Origin: Octopus bimaculoides
Lineage: Eukaryota
Assembly (NCBI RefSeq): GCF_001194135.2
Contig: NC_068985.1
Coordinates: 86,727,475 to 86,791,474, forward strand
DNA: 64,000 nucleotides
Reading direction: 5' to 3'
The notes beneath the pieces are model-generated. The model made no database searches, was not told the origin of the DNA, and saw only the letters and a list, made by a program, of their open reading frames with translations. A program made the translations under genes and the position numbers. Shown one piece after another: positions 24,780 to 37,300 of this stretch (its first letter is position 1; every line of letters begins with the position of its first letter).

Positions 24780-25512
24780 TCAAGATGAAGAGCACGATTC
24801 GATTGTAAGATATTTTATTAGATGAACGATATTTCAACAGTACGTCTGTCTTTGTCAAGTTCAAAATAAGAAGTGATAAAAATTCAAAATTACAGAAATT
24901 TAAACGTGAAGTATGAACGAGAGGAACCAGCGTCCATACGTTGATGGAATGGCATCATCAGTTTTTAAGTTACAGTTTTATAACAGGCGGAAAGGAAAAG
25001 ACAGAAAAAAATAGAAAAAGGAAGACGACAGAAAAAAAGGAAAGAAAAAAAGAGAAAGAAGAATATTCAATCAAACAGTTTTGTATAAATTTGATGATAT
25101 TCTGTCATCTTATTCATTCCTCCAGGGTGTGATGTTAATAACCCGCAAACATATTTCTCCTCATACATTCTGAGATTCAAAATATTTTCTGAGAATATGC
25201 ACTTTCAAGTCTTCTTCAAAATTGCAGCCGCTTGAAACGAAATGTTCAGCAAGTTCTGTTGAACTACTGTTCTTGTGCCTGACGTCGAATCTGTACCCAT
25301 TAAACCTTTTGTTTAATTGTTCTGTTGTACAATCAACATAAATTAAGTTGTGTTTCGTGCATTCTGCAGTGTACACTAAATGGGAATCTTTACATGTTCC
25401 CCCTTCTGTATAAATCATAACATTTCTATTATGATTTCTGATGGAATTCACTTCACTCATGTTGTTGCACAATGAACAGTGCTCACCTCTCTTGCGGCAG
25501 ATTCCAGGCAAT
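24780..25512 (-). mobile_element. Penelope-like element 3' end: C-terminal GIY-YIG endonuclease plus pseudo-LTR
   Basis: GICRKRGEHCSLC linker; TCKDSHLVYTAECTKHNLIYVDCTTEQLNKRFNGY (GIY-YIG); after a frameshift, RMYEEKYVCGLLTSHPGGMNK..* (stop 25067); hammerhead remnant and AATAAA downstream. Confidence 0.85.
24814..24862 (-). ncRNA. Degenerate PLE-type hammerhead ribozyme plus AATAAA
   Basis: Minus strand: GAAC TTGACAA a GACAG acgta CTGTT GAAATATC GTTC atct AATAAA; stem I GAAC/GTTC and stem II intact, core differs from CTGACGA at 2 positions. Confidence 0.65.
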
Positions 25513-25519
25513 GACCTGA

Positions 25520-25548
25520 ATAATGATAATAATAATACTAATGATAAC

Positions 25549-25592
<44 letters not shown>

Positions 25593-25628
25593 TAATAATA
25601 ATAACAACAACAACAACAATAATAACAA
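25520..25628. repeat. (AAT)/(AAC) microsatellite
   Basis: Direct read; source of the poly-N/L ORF artefacts. Confidence 0.97.
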
Positions 25629-25757
25629 CATTGAAAAATACCTTAGGAATGAGAACCCAGGTTTGAAATTTCCACAAGACACTTGATGAAGGCTGAAACG
25701 TTGTGTTAACAACAAATAAGATGAGGACAGATATCCATCAAATGTAAATAATGTAAA
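25628..25757 (+). mobile_element. Short PLE-derived repeat with a collapsed hammerhead
   Basis: CAC TTGATGA aggct GAAACGTT GTG (25680-25705): stem I CAC/GTG, palindromic AACGTT, stem II missing. Confidence 0.6.
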
Positions 25758-26671
25758 AAGGAAAGGACTCTAATACCCCATGGGCCCTATCAACATGATG
25801 GCCATGGGAGAGAAGGAAATATAGAGTCATTGACAAAGAAATCACATATCTTGCAGAAAAACGAATTTGGCTGCTTTCTGGTTTCAACAAGAACACTTCC
25901 AGCCAAAAAAGAGAAGAAAAGAAGAATGTGGGGGTGCATGGGTGGGTTCGGGTGTGTGTGGGTGTGTGTGTGTGGGTGTGTGTGTGTGTTCTTGTGTGCG
26001 TATTAATCAAATATGTTTGAAAGTGAAATCGAATATATGTTGTTATTGTTTCCAGCAGGCCTACTAATGCCATTCTTGCACTGTTGTCAAATATAACAGC
26101 TTGCCTTTACATGTTTAAAACTGTGAGAGAATTGTCAGCTGCTTTTGCTGGTTTTGATCACTTGAAATAAATTAATGAAGAGAAGTGGTCAAAAGGAGAT
26201 CAGTGTCTCAGTGAATAATAATAATGTTTGGAGAGAGAAGAAGATAAGTAAAGGAACTTTTGATAAACAACTGAAAGTCTGAAGAGTATCCGAATTGATG
26301 TTGGTTTGACAATGAGAAGAATGAAAGAGGAAGATATGAGGACGACGACAAAGTGAACAAGTCTTCTCAGTGAAGGAGGAGGCAATTGTAATGTCTGATA
26401 TATATTTGATGATTACATTTATGAATACTGTCTCAGCCAGTTGCTGTATTGGCTGCAGGGAGATGAATGTTAAATTTGGTTTCCCTTTCATGATATGTAT
26501 AATACCTGAACAGCCCACATGTATCAGACAGTCATGAAGAGGCACTGAAGTTCTGCCGAGCTCTGTAAATAGTTACGCAATAATCAGTTACATCGCAGCA
26601 ATTTTTCTTTACTCTTTCAGCTGCTACCAAGAAAAAAAAAAGAAAAAAATACTTTTGTAAGTCGTATAGGT

Positions 26672-26830
26672 GTAGGCATGGCTGAGTGGTTAGAAGTTCA
26701 CTTTGCAACCATGTGATTCCTGGTTCAGTCTTACTGTGTGTAACCTTGGGTGCCGTCTACTGTAACCTTAGCCTGACCTAGGCCTTGTGAGTGGATTTCG
26801 TAAATGGAAACTGAAAGAATCCCTTCGTAT
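26672..26830 (+). mobile_element. Family B SINE 5' half
   Basis: GGCATGGCTGAGTGGTTAGAAG..GGTTCAGTC..CCTTGGG..GGAAACTGAAAGAA. Confidence 0.85.
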
Positions 26831-26910
26831 ATGTGTGTGTGTGTGTGTGTGTCGTTGTGTCTGTATTTGTCTCTTAACCACTACATGATAATCTGTGTCG
26901 TGTGTGTGTG

Positions 26911-27002
<92 letters not shown>

Positions 27003-27150
27003 GGTGCAGGAGAGGCTGTGTGGTAAGAAGCTTGGTTCCCAACCACATGGTTCTGGGTTCAGTTCCACTGCATGGTACCTTGGGCAAGTGCTTTCTACTA
27101 TACCCTTGGGCTGACTAAAGCCTTGTGAAAGGGTTTGGTTGATAGAAACT
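27003..27150 (+). mobile_element. Family B SINE 5' half
   Basis: GGCTGTGTGGTAAGAAGCTTGG..GGGTTCAGTTCCACTGCATGGTACCTTGGGCAAGTG. Confidence 0.88.
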
Positions 27151-27496
27151 GAACGTGGCCAAGCATGTGTTGAAGGGGTGTTTATAAATATATGCATTAG
27201 TCATAAACAACAGAAGCAGTATTAGTACCAAATAACAGCTTTTATATCCTCCTTAACATGGATATATTTTAAGAATGGACTGTATAATATTACAGGATAT
27301 ATTTTGGGAAAGCATCTCATAGAGACATATATGAGTTTGTGTGTGTGCGTGTAGTCATAAATTGGTGAGAAGGCTATGTGTATGTCCGAAGAAAAGATAT
27401 ATGAATTGAATCAGAAAGGTCTGTAATATCCACAGAAGCACTGAGAAAAATAAAAGACAGAGTGTGTTCCACGTGTACAGATATAAAAAATTATGA

Positions 27497-27528
<32 letters not shown>

Positions 27529-28032
27529 GCACACACTCACACACACACATGCGCACTAACGTAAATGTGCAGATATGTGTGAAAGAAGAGCAATAATGTG
27601 TGAGATTCTTGTTTCTTTCTATATTTGTGTTTATTCTGTTTGATCTTATAGACTTGTCACCTGTCTTGTTTATGACTACCTAATAAAGAGCTGGTGTGTC
27701 ACATTCTTTTCTTTTATTTCCCTACTTCTCCCCCCCCCCTCTTTCCTCCATCATAGAGCCAGCAACTGGAAGGGAGAGAGAAAAAAAACGAAAAGAAAGG
27801 CTGCAGAAAAAAAAGAAAAAAGAAAAGAAAGAAAATCCTTTCGAATAATCAGAAAGTGAAACTAATGCTTTTTCATTATTGAAGATATGGAGATAAAAAG
27901 TGAGAACATGGCCACAGAGAACGAGATTGAATGGGCAGAACAATAAGAGTACACAGACATATAGGCATATACATATACATATACATACATTTACATATGC
28001 ATTTATATATGTCAGTGTGTGTGTCTCTCTCA

Positions 28033-28071
<39 letters not shown>

Positions 28072-28313
28072 TGTGTATTTCTTCTATCTTAATGAATAAA
28101 AATTCTTCTGATAGAATAAATGGGTTAATAGAAACCGATGTAGCAAAGAACACAAAATAACTGTGGTTTAGTTCCTGTTTTTAAGGCAGGAACTCCTTGA
28201 AATTTTGGGTATTTGAGTATATTTAAGAATTTAAGGAATGGAGAAAACGCATGTTATAATTGCATACTTTATTCCTACATATGTTTCAAAGGATTACAAC
28301 CTATGGATCACAC

Positions 28314-29041
28314 NNNNNNNNNNNNNNNNNNNNNNNNNNNNNNNNNNNNNNNNNNNNNNNNNNNNNNNNNNNNNNNNNNNNNNNNNNNNNNNNNNNNNNN
28401 NNNNNNNNNNNNNNNNNNNNNNNNNNNNNNNNNNNNNNNNNNNNNNNNNNNNNNNNNNNNNNNNNNNNNNNNNNNNNNNNNNNNNNNNNNNNNNNNNNNN
28501 NNNNNNNNNNNNNNNNNNNNNNNNNNNNNNNNNNNNNNNNNNNNNNNNNNNNNNNNNNNNNNNNNNNNNNNNNNNNNNNNNNNNNNNNNNNNNNNNNNNN
28601 NNNNNNNNNNNNNNNNNNNNNNNNNNNNNNNNNNNNNNNNNNNNNNNNNNNNNNNNNNNNNNNNNNNNNNNNNNNNNNNNNNNNNNNNNNNNNNNNNNNN
28701 NNNNNNNNNNNNNNNNNNNNNNNNNNNNNNNNNNNNNNNNNNNNNNNNNNNNNNNNNNNNNNNNNNNNNNNNNNNNNNNNNNNNNNNNNNNNNNNNNNNN
28801 NNNNNNNNNNNNNNNNNNNNNNNNNNNNNNNNNNNNNNNNNNNNNNNNNNNNNNNNNNNNNNNNNNNNNNNNNNNNNNNNNNNNNNNNNNNNNNNNNNNN
28901 NNNNNNNNNNNNNNNNNNNNNNNNNNNNNNNNNNNNNNNNNNNNNNNNNNNNNNNNNNNNNNNNNNNNNNNNNNNNNNNNNNNNNNNNNNNNNNNNNNNN
29001 NNNNNNNNNNNNNNNNNNNNNNNNNNNNNNNNNNNNNNNNN
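28314..29041. other. Assembly gap (N run)
   Basis: Continuous N. Confidence 1.
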
Positions 29042-29662
29042 TATATATATATATATATTTAGTCTTTGGGCTGCTTGGTAGATTATTTATTTGTGTTACA
29101 GAAATTGCATTTTTCATGTTTCTGTGTATGCCACACATACATATTTGTACATATACATCTATTCACACACACACATACACATATAACCGTTTACTTATAA
29201 GATGAACAGTTTTTCAGTTCATATTTACCCAGCAAAAGAAGACATTAAAACATTCTGACCAAGCTGAAACTATAAATTATATATATCCCCTACACTGTTT
29301 ATAACATTGCGCTCTCTTTTAGCTGGAGATTACTCTGCTAACTTCATTCACTCCCTGCTCCAGCTTGCCCTGCCAACGACTCTCCTCTGAAACTAGGACA
29401 TGTCCTGTTACTTATAATGATTCAGGAATCTTTAGCTCAGAGTATTTAGCCATGTTGCTTGATTTTCCAAGTTAGAACTTACTTACCAGCTTCTATTCAC
29501 TGAGGTTGGATTGATGGCTAATATTGGTCTACCACATGCCACATGGCCACATCAAATGAAGAGGTACGTCATGGTGATGAGGGCTGCTGAGTGAGACCCT
29601 GTTAAAGGGCTCACCTGGCAGGACCTGGAAATATACCAACAAATGGGGACTGGTACACATGC

Positions 29663-29770
<108 letters not shown>

Positions 29771-30765
29771 GGTATACACATATATAGTGTCTGTTTTACT
29801 TCTGGTTATTCTTTGACATATAAACAGGATTTCTCTTTTATTTTGTAATATTTCACTGACCACCCACACAAAAAATCATTGCTAATTATCATTGTTCAAA
29901 TTACTACAACTAAATATTTTGTTTATCTTTTGTTGAAGGAATTAATATGACTGTAATAACAGGATATCATTGCAGGGAAGAAGAATTTAGCAGAAAATTT
30001 TGTTAATGTGAAAGTGCTATTGAAGAACAAATGCACTTAAAACTGTCTTTGAGAAGTCTTGGAAGAACAGAATTAGTACCATAGTTAATAACTGATAAGA
30101 GTAATAACATCTTTTTTTATTGAACTAAAATTTGAATGTATATAAATTGGTTTTATGTCTGTGTGTTTCTGTCTGTCTGACCAGGAAAAAAAAAAAAGAT
30201 AAAAAGAAACATGATTTAATTTCCAATGCTCTCATCTATCAAAATTTTGACTGTTCTATTAGCTTATCCATGAAAGGTTGTTCTTAATAACACCTATGAT
30301 TATATTTGTCAATATTCTAAAATGAAGAAAATGTTCCAAAACTCTTTAAAATAGTTTTGTTACCAAACAAACAAACAAAACAAATTTTCACTTTTGCATA
30401 ATATACAAATGGAATTCTGTCAGTGACCAGGTTGCAGAAAGTGTGAGGAAAATTTTGACAACGAATGATAAATGATTAATTGAAGTAAACAGTTTTCATG
30501 TGTTTTTAAGTATCTAATGTCTTTCTCCACTCTAATCGTTTTACTTTCAATATAGATTCTGAGACCAAATCGTTTGCCAGACAACAATAATTCTGAAATA
30601 TAAAAATTCACTCTGATTTTTGTTAAAATTTTTTCTTACAGAGTGAACTCGGTGTTTTCCTCATGAGACACACTAGTGAAGGGTCAACGAGACAAGATCC
30701 CACACATGAATGGGGCTTTTAGTATGGAAAGAGGGGGCTTTATATTAGAGGGTAACCCTTTAAAG

Positions 30766-31012
30766 TATTGGTTCTCAACCAGGGTCCATATGATGTTTGG
30801 TGCATTTTGATAAGATTCTGTTGTTCAAATTTATAAGCAAAAAATTTCTTATATTTCTACAAAATGTTTTTAACAATTTGTAACACAATTGCTAATAATG
30901 TTTAATTATAAATGTATCACAGAATTTTTAAACATGGAACTGTTATGAGGGTTCATTAGAGTGAAGTGGAAAGTGAAGGGTTTCCATTAGTAAAAATGGT
31001 TGAGAACCACAG
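30766..31012. mobile_element. hAT (Charlie-like) MITE
   Basis: TIRs TATTGGTTCTCAACC / GGTTGAGAACCACAG resemble CAGTGGTTCTCAAC; degenerate 8-bp flanks CTTTAAAG / GTCTGTAG (4/8). Confidence 0.7.
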
Positions 31013-31162
31013 GTCTGTAGTACAACTAGGGGACAAGAAGAGGGCTGTTGCTATAGCAAAGATGTTTGACTAATTCATATTATATTGGAGCAGGTGAGAG
31101 TAACCGGAAAGAAGACTATGATGGTGATGACGTGGTGTCTTATAATTTAAATTCTGTTCTTA

Positions 31163-32376
31163 TGAGGGTTGGCTGAAAAGTTCATCAGCTGACCAGGATA
31201 GCCTCATGGATTGTCACCAAATAGGGTTTACTTTTGCACATAGTCGCCCTTGTGGGCCACACACTTCTTTCATCGGTGTTGCAGTGCTTGGATTCTAATA
31301 GAGAAGAATCTTTCATTCTGTTGCTCAAAAAAGTCATCAACAGCAGTTATGATGTCATCATTGCTGCAATATTGGTTCCTGGGGAACAGATGATAGGCAG
31401 ACGGGGCCAAATCAGGTGAATATGGAGGGTAATCAAACCCTCTTCAAAGCTACAGTCATTACAGCAGCCATTGAAATCAAGGACTTGTGTGTTGGAGAAT
31501 TGTCCTGATGAAACAAGATCTCTTTTGTTAGTTTTCCTGGCCATTAGGTCTTTGTAGCTTTTTGCAACTAACTCAGCAAGTTGGCATAGTACTCTCTGTT
31601 GATGGTGTGGCCTTTCTGAAGAAAGACAATAAACACAATGCTATTTGTAGTCCAAACGACAGAGGCCATGAACTTCCCTGCAGGTGAAACAACCTTGGCC
31701 TTCTTTGGAGCTTGTGAGGTGGGGTGTTTCTACTGCATGGATTGTCTCTTTGTCTCTAACTCAAAGTGATGAAACTGATACTCACCCTGGGTCAGGAAAC
31801 TAAGCAGATCTGTCTCAAACAATGCCAGGTTTTCCCATGATATGACCGCTTGGTGGTGTGATTTGGGTCAGGTGTCACAAGACATGGCAATCACCAAACA
31901 AATACCTTTGTCATGCAAAGTTCATTGTGTAGAACATTCTCAACTCTCTCACAGGATATAATAATACCATTGGTTATTTGATTCCTAGTCAATCACCTGT
32001 CATCCATCACCATGTGGCGAACATGATCAATATTTTCCTCAGTGGAGGCAGTTGCAGGTTGTCCAGACCTAGGATTATCTTCAAGACTCTCTGTTCCCCC
32101 CACTAAATTCAGCTGCCTACTTTTGCACTGTTGATAAAGCAATGTAGCAAGCAAGGGAGTTAAACCATTTTATTGCAGGTACGGGATAACATCACAATGC
32201 CAAATTCTGTCCATTTTCAAGAGTAGTTTCAAATCTTTGAAGATTCAGGTGTCAGTTTTCCTAGAAAGAAAAAATGCATTTATCAATAAGAAGAGTTGAA
32301 ATTAATGCATGCAAGTTTTCACAGCTGTAGCATCATTCCTTCGTAGTCAGCCGATGCACTTTTCAGCCCAGCCTTG
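31163..32376 (-). mobile_element. Full-length decayed mariner transposon
   Basis: TA-flanked TIRs TGAGGGTTGGCTGAAAAGTTCATCAGCTGAC / GTCAGCCGATGCACTTTTCAGCCCAGCCTTG; minus strand LTQGEYQFHHFELETKRQSMQ, PPYSPDLAPS (31397-31429), KKCVAHKGDY; about 1.2 kb. Confidence 0.93.
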
Positions 32377-33294
32377 TAGAAAACAGATGAATCCTCTAAT
32401 ACTTGGCCTTGCTTATTTTCTTCTGATAAATTCAATCTCTTGAAGCAACCACACTTAACTGCACTCCATTTTCCAATAAATTAATGTTATTCACCTGTGT
32501 TGCTGTTACAACAAGATAGTCTCACAAAGAAGGAATACCACTTTTTTTACATTTTATTAAATTGTTTCAAAACTGGTTCTGGAACTGAACAGGAAAAGTT
32601 ACTTTTGGAATGTTTTACTGATGTGAAGACTTTGGCACTTTGCAGACTTCATCCCGATTGCCTTGGATTACAAGAAAATTTGTTAATTCCTGGACATTTC
32701 TATATTTTCAAATTGGAGAGATTTACTAGAAATATAAAGTGTAGCAATTGTGTGGAGGAATGTGAAGAGATGATCACCAGAATACAAATAACACTGCAGC
32801 AAACAGATCTACCCTTCCCAGATACAAACATGGCGAAAAAATGTTAATACATTCAAAGAACAAAACAAATGGCCATAGAAAAAGAAACTAAAAATAATAG
32901 GAATCAAGAGACACAGCAAATATTAGAAATGGTAAAAGAATAATGAAGTTGTTAGAAAGAGCAATAAAACGAGATTTTGTAGTGTAGACAGCGACAAAGA
33001 ATGTCTGGACATAGGTCGACTTGAAGGGCAAGAAATATTATTTTGTTTAATATTTTCTTCGGCTGGAATTCAAGAACAGCAACAACAATAACAGTGACAG
33101 CAGCAGCAGTAGCAGCAACAACAGTGCTGCAGCAACAGAGTGACAAAAGCATCAACAATGACAACAAAAGCAACAACAATTCTTACTTAACCCCAGACCT
33201 TTAGAGAAGCTGTACCTAATGACCTCTCTGTCAATGACTGGCACATCACCATCTCTGCCCTCTCCCATCGACACCACTTTCTCTTTCTTTGCCA

Positions 33295-33345
33295 ACCGGT
33301 CTTCTTCTTCTACTTCTTCTTCTTCTTGCTACTGCTGCTGCTGCT

Positions 33346-33393
<48 letters not shown>

Positions 33394-33414
33394 TCAACAA
33401 CAGCAACAACAACA

Positions 33415-33491
<77 letters not shown>

Positions 33492-33492
33492 A
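33295..33492. repeat. Compound (CTT)(CTG)(CAA)(CTA) microsatellite
   Basis: Direct read. Confidence 0.97.
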
Positions 33493-33744
33493 GTAAAAAA
33501 ACAGTGTTTTGAGAATTGCTAGAGCAGTAGACAAAGTGCAGTATTTGCCCAGGCTTTTTTGCATTCTGAGTTCAAATCCCATCAAAGCCAGCCTTCTGCG
33601 GTTGATAAAATAGAAGTATTAATCAAATACCAAGCTCAGTTTAATTGGCTAATCTTATGTCTTCAAAGTTGCTGGCATTCTGCTTAAATTATGCTTTTAA
33701 AACTCCACATTCAACTCCTCATCTCTCATCCTCTTTCTCTCTCT

Positions 33745-33785
<41 letters not shown>

Positions 33786-34379
33786 AATCGTTTGTTACTC
33801 TCATCTATTTCATCTGCTACTCATACTCCAGACTGGTACATTCCAGGTATCTTTCTCATCATAAAATGCAATATCCCAAACCAAAATTGCTTCTGTAACA
33901 CAAAAGACTTTTTGGTGCTGGTCCATGCTACCACTGAGGATCTTGCCATGGGAAGCACATCTTTAACACAGCCAAGACCATAATCCAAAGATTTCTCCTT
34001 TTTTCCTGAATGTGGAGACACTTTAATGCCTTCCAGTTATTGACATTCTACAAGGTGTAGATGAGGCCCACGAGGGAATGTTGCTCTTACTTTTAGATGG
34101 TGTTTTTTGCCCCACAGAGATATCCTAGAACATATTCAGGTTAAAAGCTCTCAAGTGACTGACACAAAATCACTTACAAACATGCTCCAGACTGACTCTG
34201 GTCCACATGCATGTTGTGTCCTCCTTCTGTCTTTTCTACCTCTACTATAATAGTCACTGTTTCTTGAAGCAGGTTGGTATTGTGTCAGTTCTACTCAGGC
34301 ATACCAACTCATTCCTCCTCCTCCTTCTCCTCTCATCCATAATGTGTCCAAACCTGCATTAAATATTACACCCAGTCCT

Positions 34380-37300
34380 TCCACCCCAGTATGCCAAATC
34401 TTCTGGACCCTTCTTACTTGTGTCTTTCCTGCATTTTTTAACTTGCAACCATTTATGCAGAACATTAACAGTGTCGATTTTACCAATCAAAAAAGGGCTG
34501 ACAAATGCAAAGATCTCAGCCCTTTTCTTTGCAGGAAACACAATTATATTACCAGTAAATGTATTTATATGGATCACCAAGATGGCAAGCAAAACCATTT
34601 TAAGATTCCATAAGTATGATTAGATGCTATGGCAAGTTGGACATGTTCATTACAACAAATCCAAATTGGAAAGTGATTGTGAATCATTCCAGAAGAAAAG
34701 TTCAACTATCAACCAAATATTATTGTAAGATTGATTCTTCAAAAGCTGGAATAATTCCTTCTTGATTTGCTTCAAAAGGATTATCTAAGGAAAGTAATCA
34801 CTTCTACATGTATAAAAGAGGAGCAGAAAAGAGGATTGCTACGTACTTAGAGTCTTTTAATCTCAGAAGAGAAACCTAAAGAATTATCTTATAATGATTG
34901 ATTTATTTGCACTAAGATTCCAGATGAGGAACAAAATCCATTGTTGTTTGATCTAGTTAAAAAGAACCTGATCCACGAACCTTATGAATATGTTAATCTC
35001 ATTAATCTGTGTATATCTGGTGAAGAAACAAATTGTAAACAATTCTCATATCAAAATGTCATGACTGAAGATTCCTACCCAACTTACAAATGCTGAGCTG
35101 ATGAACATGGTTGAAGATCTGGCATTCTGCAAATAAAAGATGAGCTTCAAGGAGAAAATGTTGAAACTATTCCACACCAAATAACCCAGTATTTAGTACA
35201 AAGTATGAGACACATATCACCAGTAATCTTGTGGTCAAGGTGGCCACGGTGAAGTATGTATACAAATATATTATCTATGGTTGAACTGTGAGATGATGGA
35301 TCAAATCCATGGCAGAAAGTAGATCAGGGATAAGATTTAGATATTTGACAATGCATTATATATCAATATATTTGACATTTAGTAGGGTTTGCCATAAGCA
35401 AGTGATGCCCTCCAATTCTAAAGTTTCTACTATATCTAAACAATGGAGAATTTGCTCTTTTTAAGCTTAATGAAGCAAATAACACATCCAGCCATGGTTT
35501 ATAATAAAATGAAATCTAGGTTTATTCTTTGAAGTTAATGTGGTTGTTGTAAGTGTGAATAACAACGTTTTACACAGATATCTTCTGGCATCACAGATGT
35601 TCCAGCAAGTTGGTGGGGAGAAGATTCAAAGCAATTGAAAGAAACAGATTTAGAGATGCACTAATGGCAGTTGGAGTAAGAATAGTGGTGGAATTCCTGA
35701 TATCATTTCGAATCCATGTCAGGTACAACCCTACTAAATAAGAATGCTCTTGTACTTTAAACTGCTGTGCTATAAATTAATTTAATATAAAGCAGAACCA
35801 ATGAGATTTGTCGTAAAATACCTTAATAAACAAAGATGCATTGAGATAAAGTAAGAAGAGCTGACAGAGTTCCTAATGTTTTATGGAATGAAGGCAGTGA
35901 AGCTATCAGAATCGTTAGAATGCTGGGAAAATGCTTAGGGACATTTCATCTGTCTTTATGTTCTGAGTTCAAATTCTGCCAAGGCCAACTTTGCCTTTCA
36001 TTCCTTTTGGGGGTCAATGAAATAAGTACCAGTTGATTACTGGGGCTGATGTAATCGACTTACGACCCCATCTCCTGAAATTACTGGGTTTGTGCCAAAA
36101 TTTGGAGCCAATGTTTTATGGAATGACAGAATATAAGGAGTGTAACGTCTTCGTTTTTTAAACAGATTTTTATCTTCCATGTTTAGTACTTTGCAAACGT
36201 AATCCCTTATTTATCAAAATAACTGTCATCTATTTTCCAAAAGGCTTACAAAATGATGGGAGTGCTTAAAAGTGACAATGAACTTAATAATATTATTGTA
36301 GAACTGCTTGTGGATCTGTTGTGAGTGTTGTTGTCATGGTGATGAGAGCTACTGTTGTTGCTGGTAAATAAAAGTGTATTTCTCAGGCTGTGTGAAGAAA
36401 TAACTAACAACACCTGCAAACAATTAATAAACTTTATTACTTCACATTGTGTTTTCTGTGTTGACCTTCTACAAATACTAACATCAGCCTATTATACACC
36501 ATAAAAGACATACGGCTTGGGACATACAAGTTAACTGATACAATAATCTGTGCCTGACCCATCACAACTGGAAAATAACTGCCCTGTATTCATGGCAACA
36601 AAAATTCTTGTCTACTCTCTGCCATCTGTTTTAATCAGATGCATGTGGAATGAGTATTGAGACAGAACATGTGGCTGCCTCAACATTCAATGATTACCAC
36701 AAAACAACTGGCTTTTTATAGAGTACAAGGAAAAAATTCTAGAAAATTGAATTACACAATGAATTGATGCTGATAGGTTCTTTAATAGTCTGATCAAGTG
36801 AAACTACTGTGATTTGATCGTGATGTTTGCTAGGCTAACTAGTGATTCGGTTTCAAATCACTGCTACAAGTCTTCTGGAAAGGGATTCTATCAGTGCATA
36901 AATGCTGAAACAGATAACAGTGTCTTATGTGAATTCTCTGACTACAAAGTACCAAAATATTTTAGAAAATGTCACATCAGCCATGTGACTCAATACTCTG
37001 GAAAGAAGCAACATAAGCTCATTAATATCAATATTTGCCAGAGCACAATAAAAAATACGAGGTCACTTCATATGACAGCAACATCAGAAAATGCTGGAAT
37101 ACGTCTATGTTATGATGGAACAGTATATTCTTGGTCTAAAGTGGCTTTAAAGATTGGTGGGCACACAAGTTGCAATATGTCACCAACAGGTGTAATTAGT
37201 TAGGTAATTAACCGAACAAATTTGTCATAGATGAAGAAATTATGGTTAACAGGAATATATCAGAAGCAATTAACTATATATTCCATGATAATTGCAAAAA

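Noticed and set aside
25067-25512. Naiad/Chlamys-type or selenoprotein-encoding PLE
   Set aside because: The GIY-YIG domain is C-terminal (followed by a stop and pseudo-LTR), and the break is a frameshift rather than an in-frame TGA; no SECIS seen
25777-25808. CCCATGGGCC..GGCCATGGG hairpin as a Helitron 3' terminus
   Set aside because: No CTRR motif follows, and it is 9 kb upstream of the Helitron gene
29470-29630. Splice-like signals on both strands
   Set aside because: All minus frames contain stops; the short plus frame LLFTEVGLMANIGLPHATWPHQMKR is unrecognised; too weak to call
33820-34060. Possible CR1/L2 fragment (VPVWS-like on the minus strand); also a DDIKLYR-like stretch at 6255-6300
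   Set aside because: Single short motif matches only, insufficient for a call
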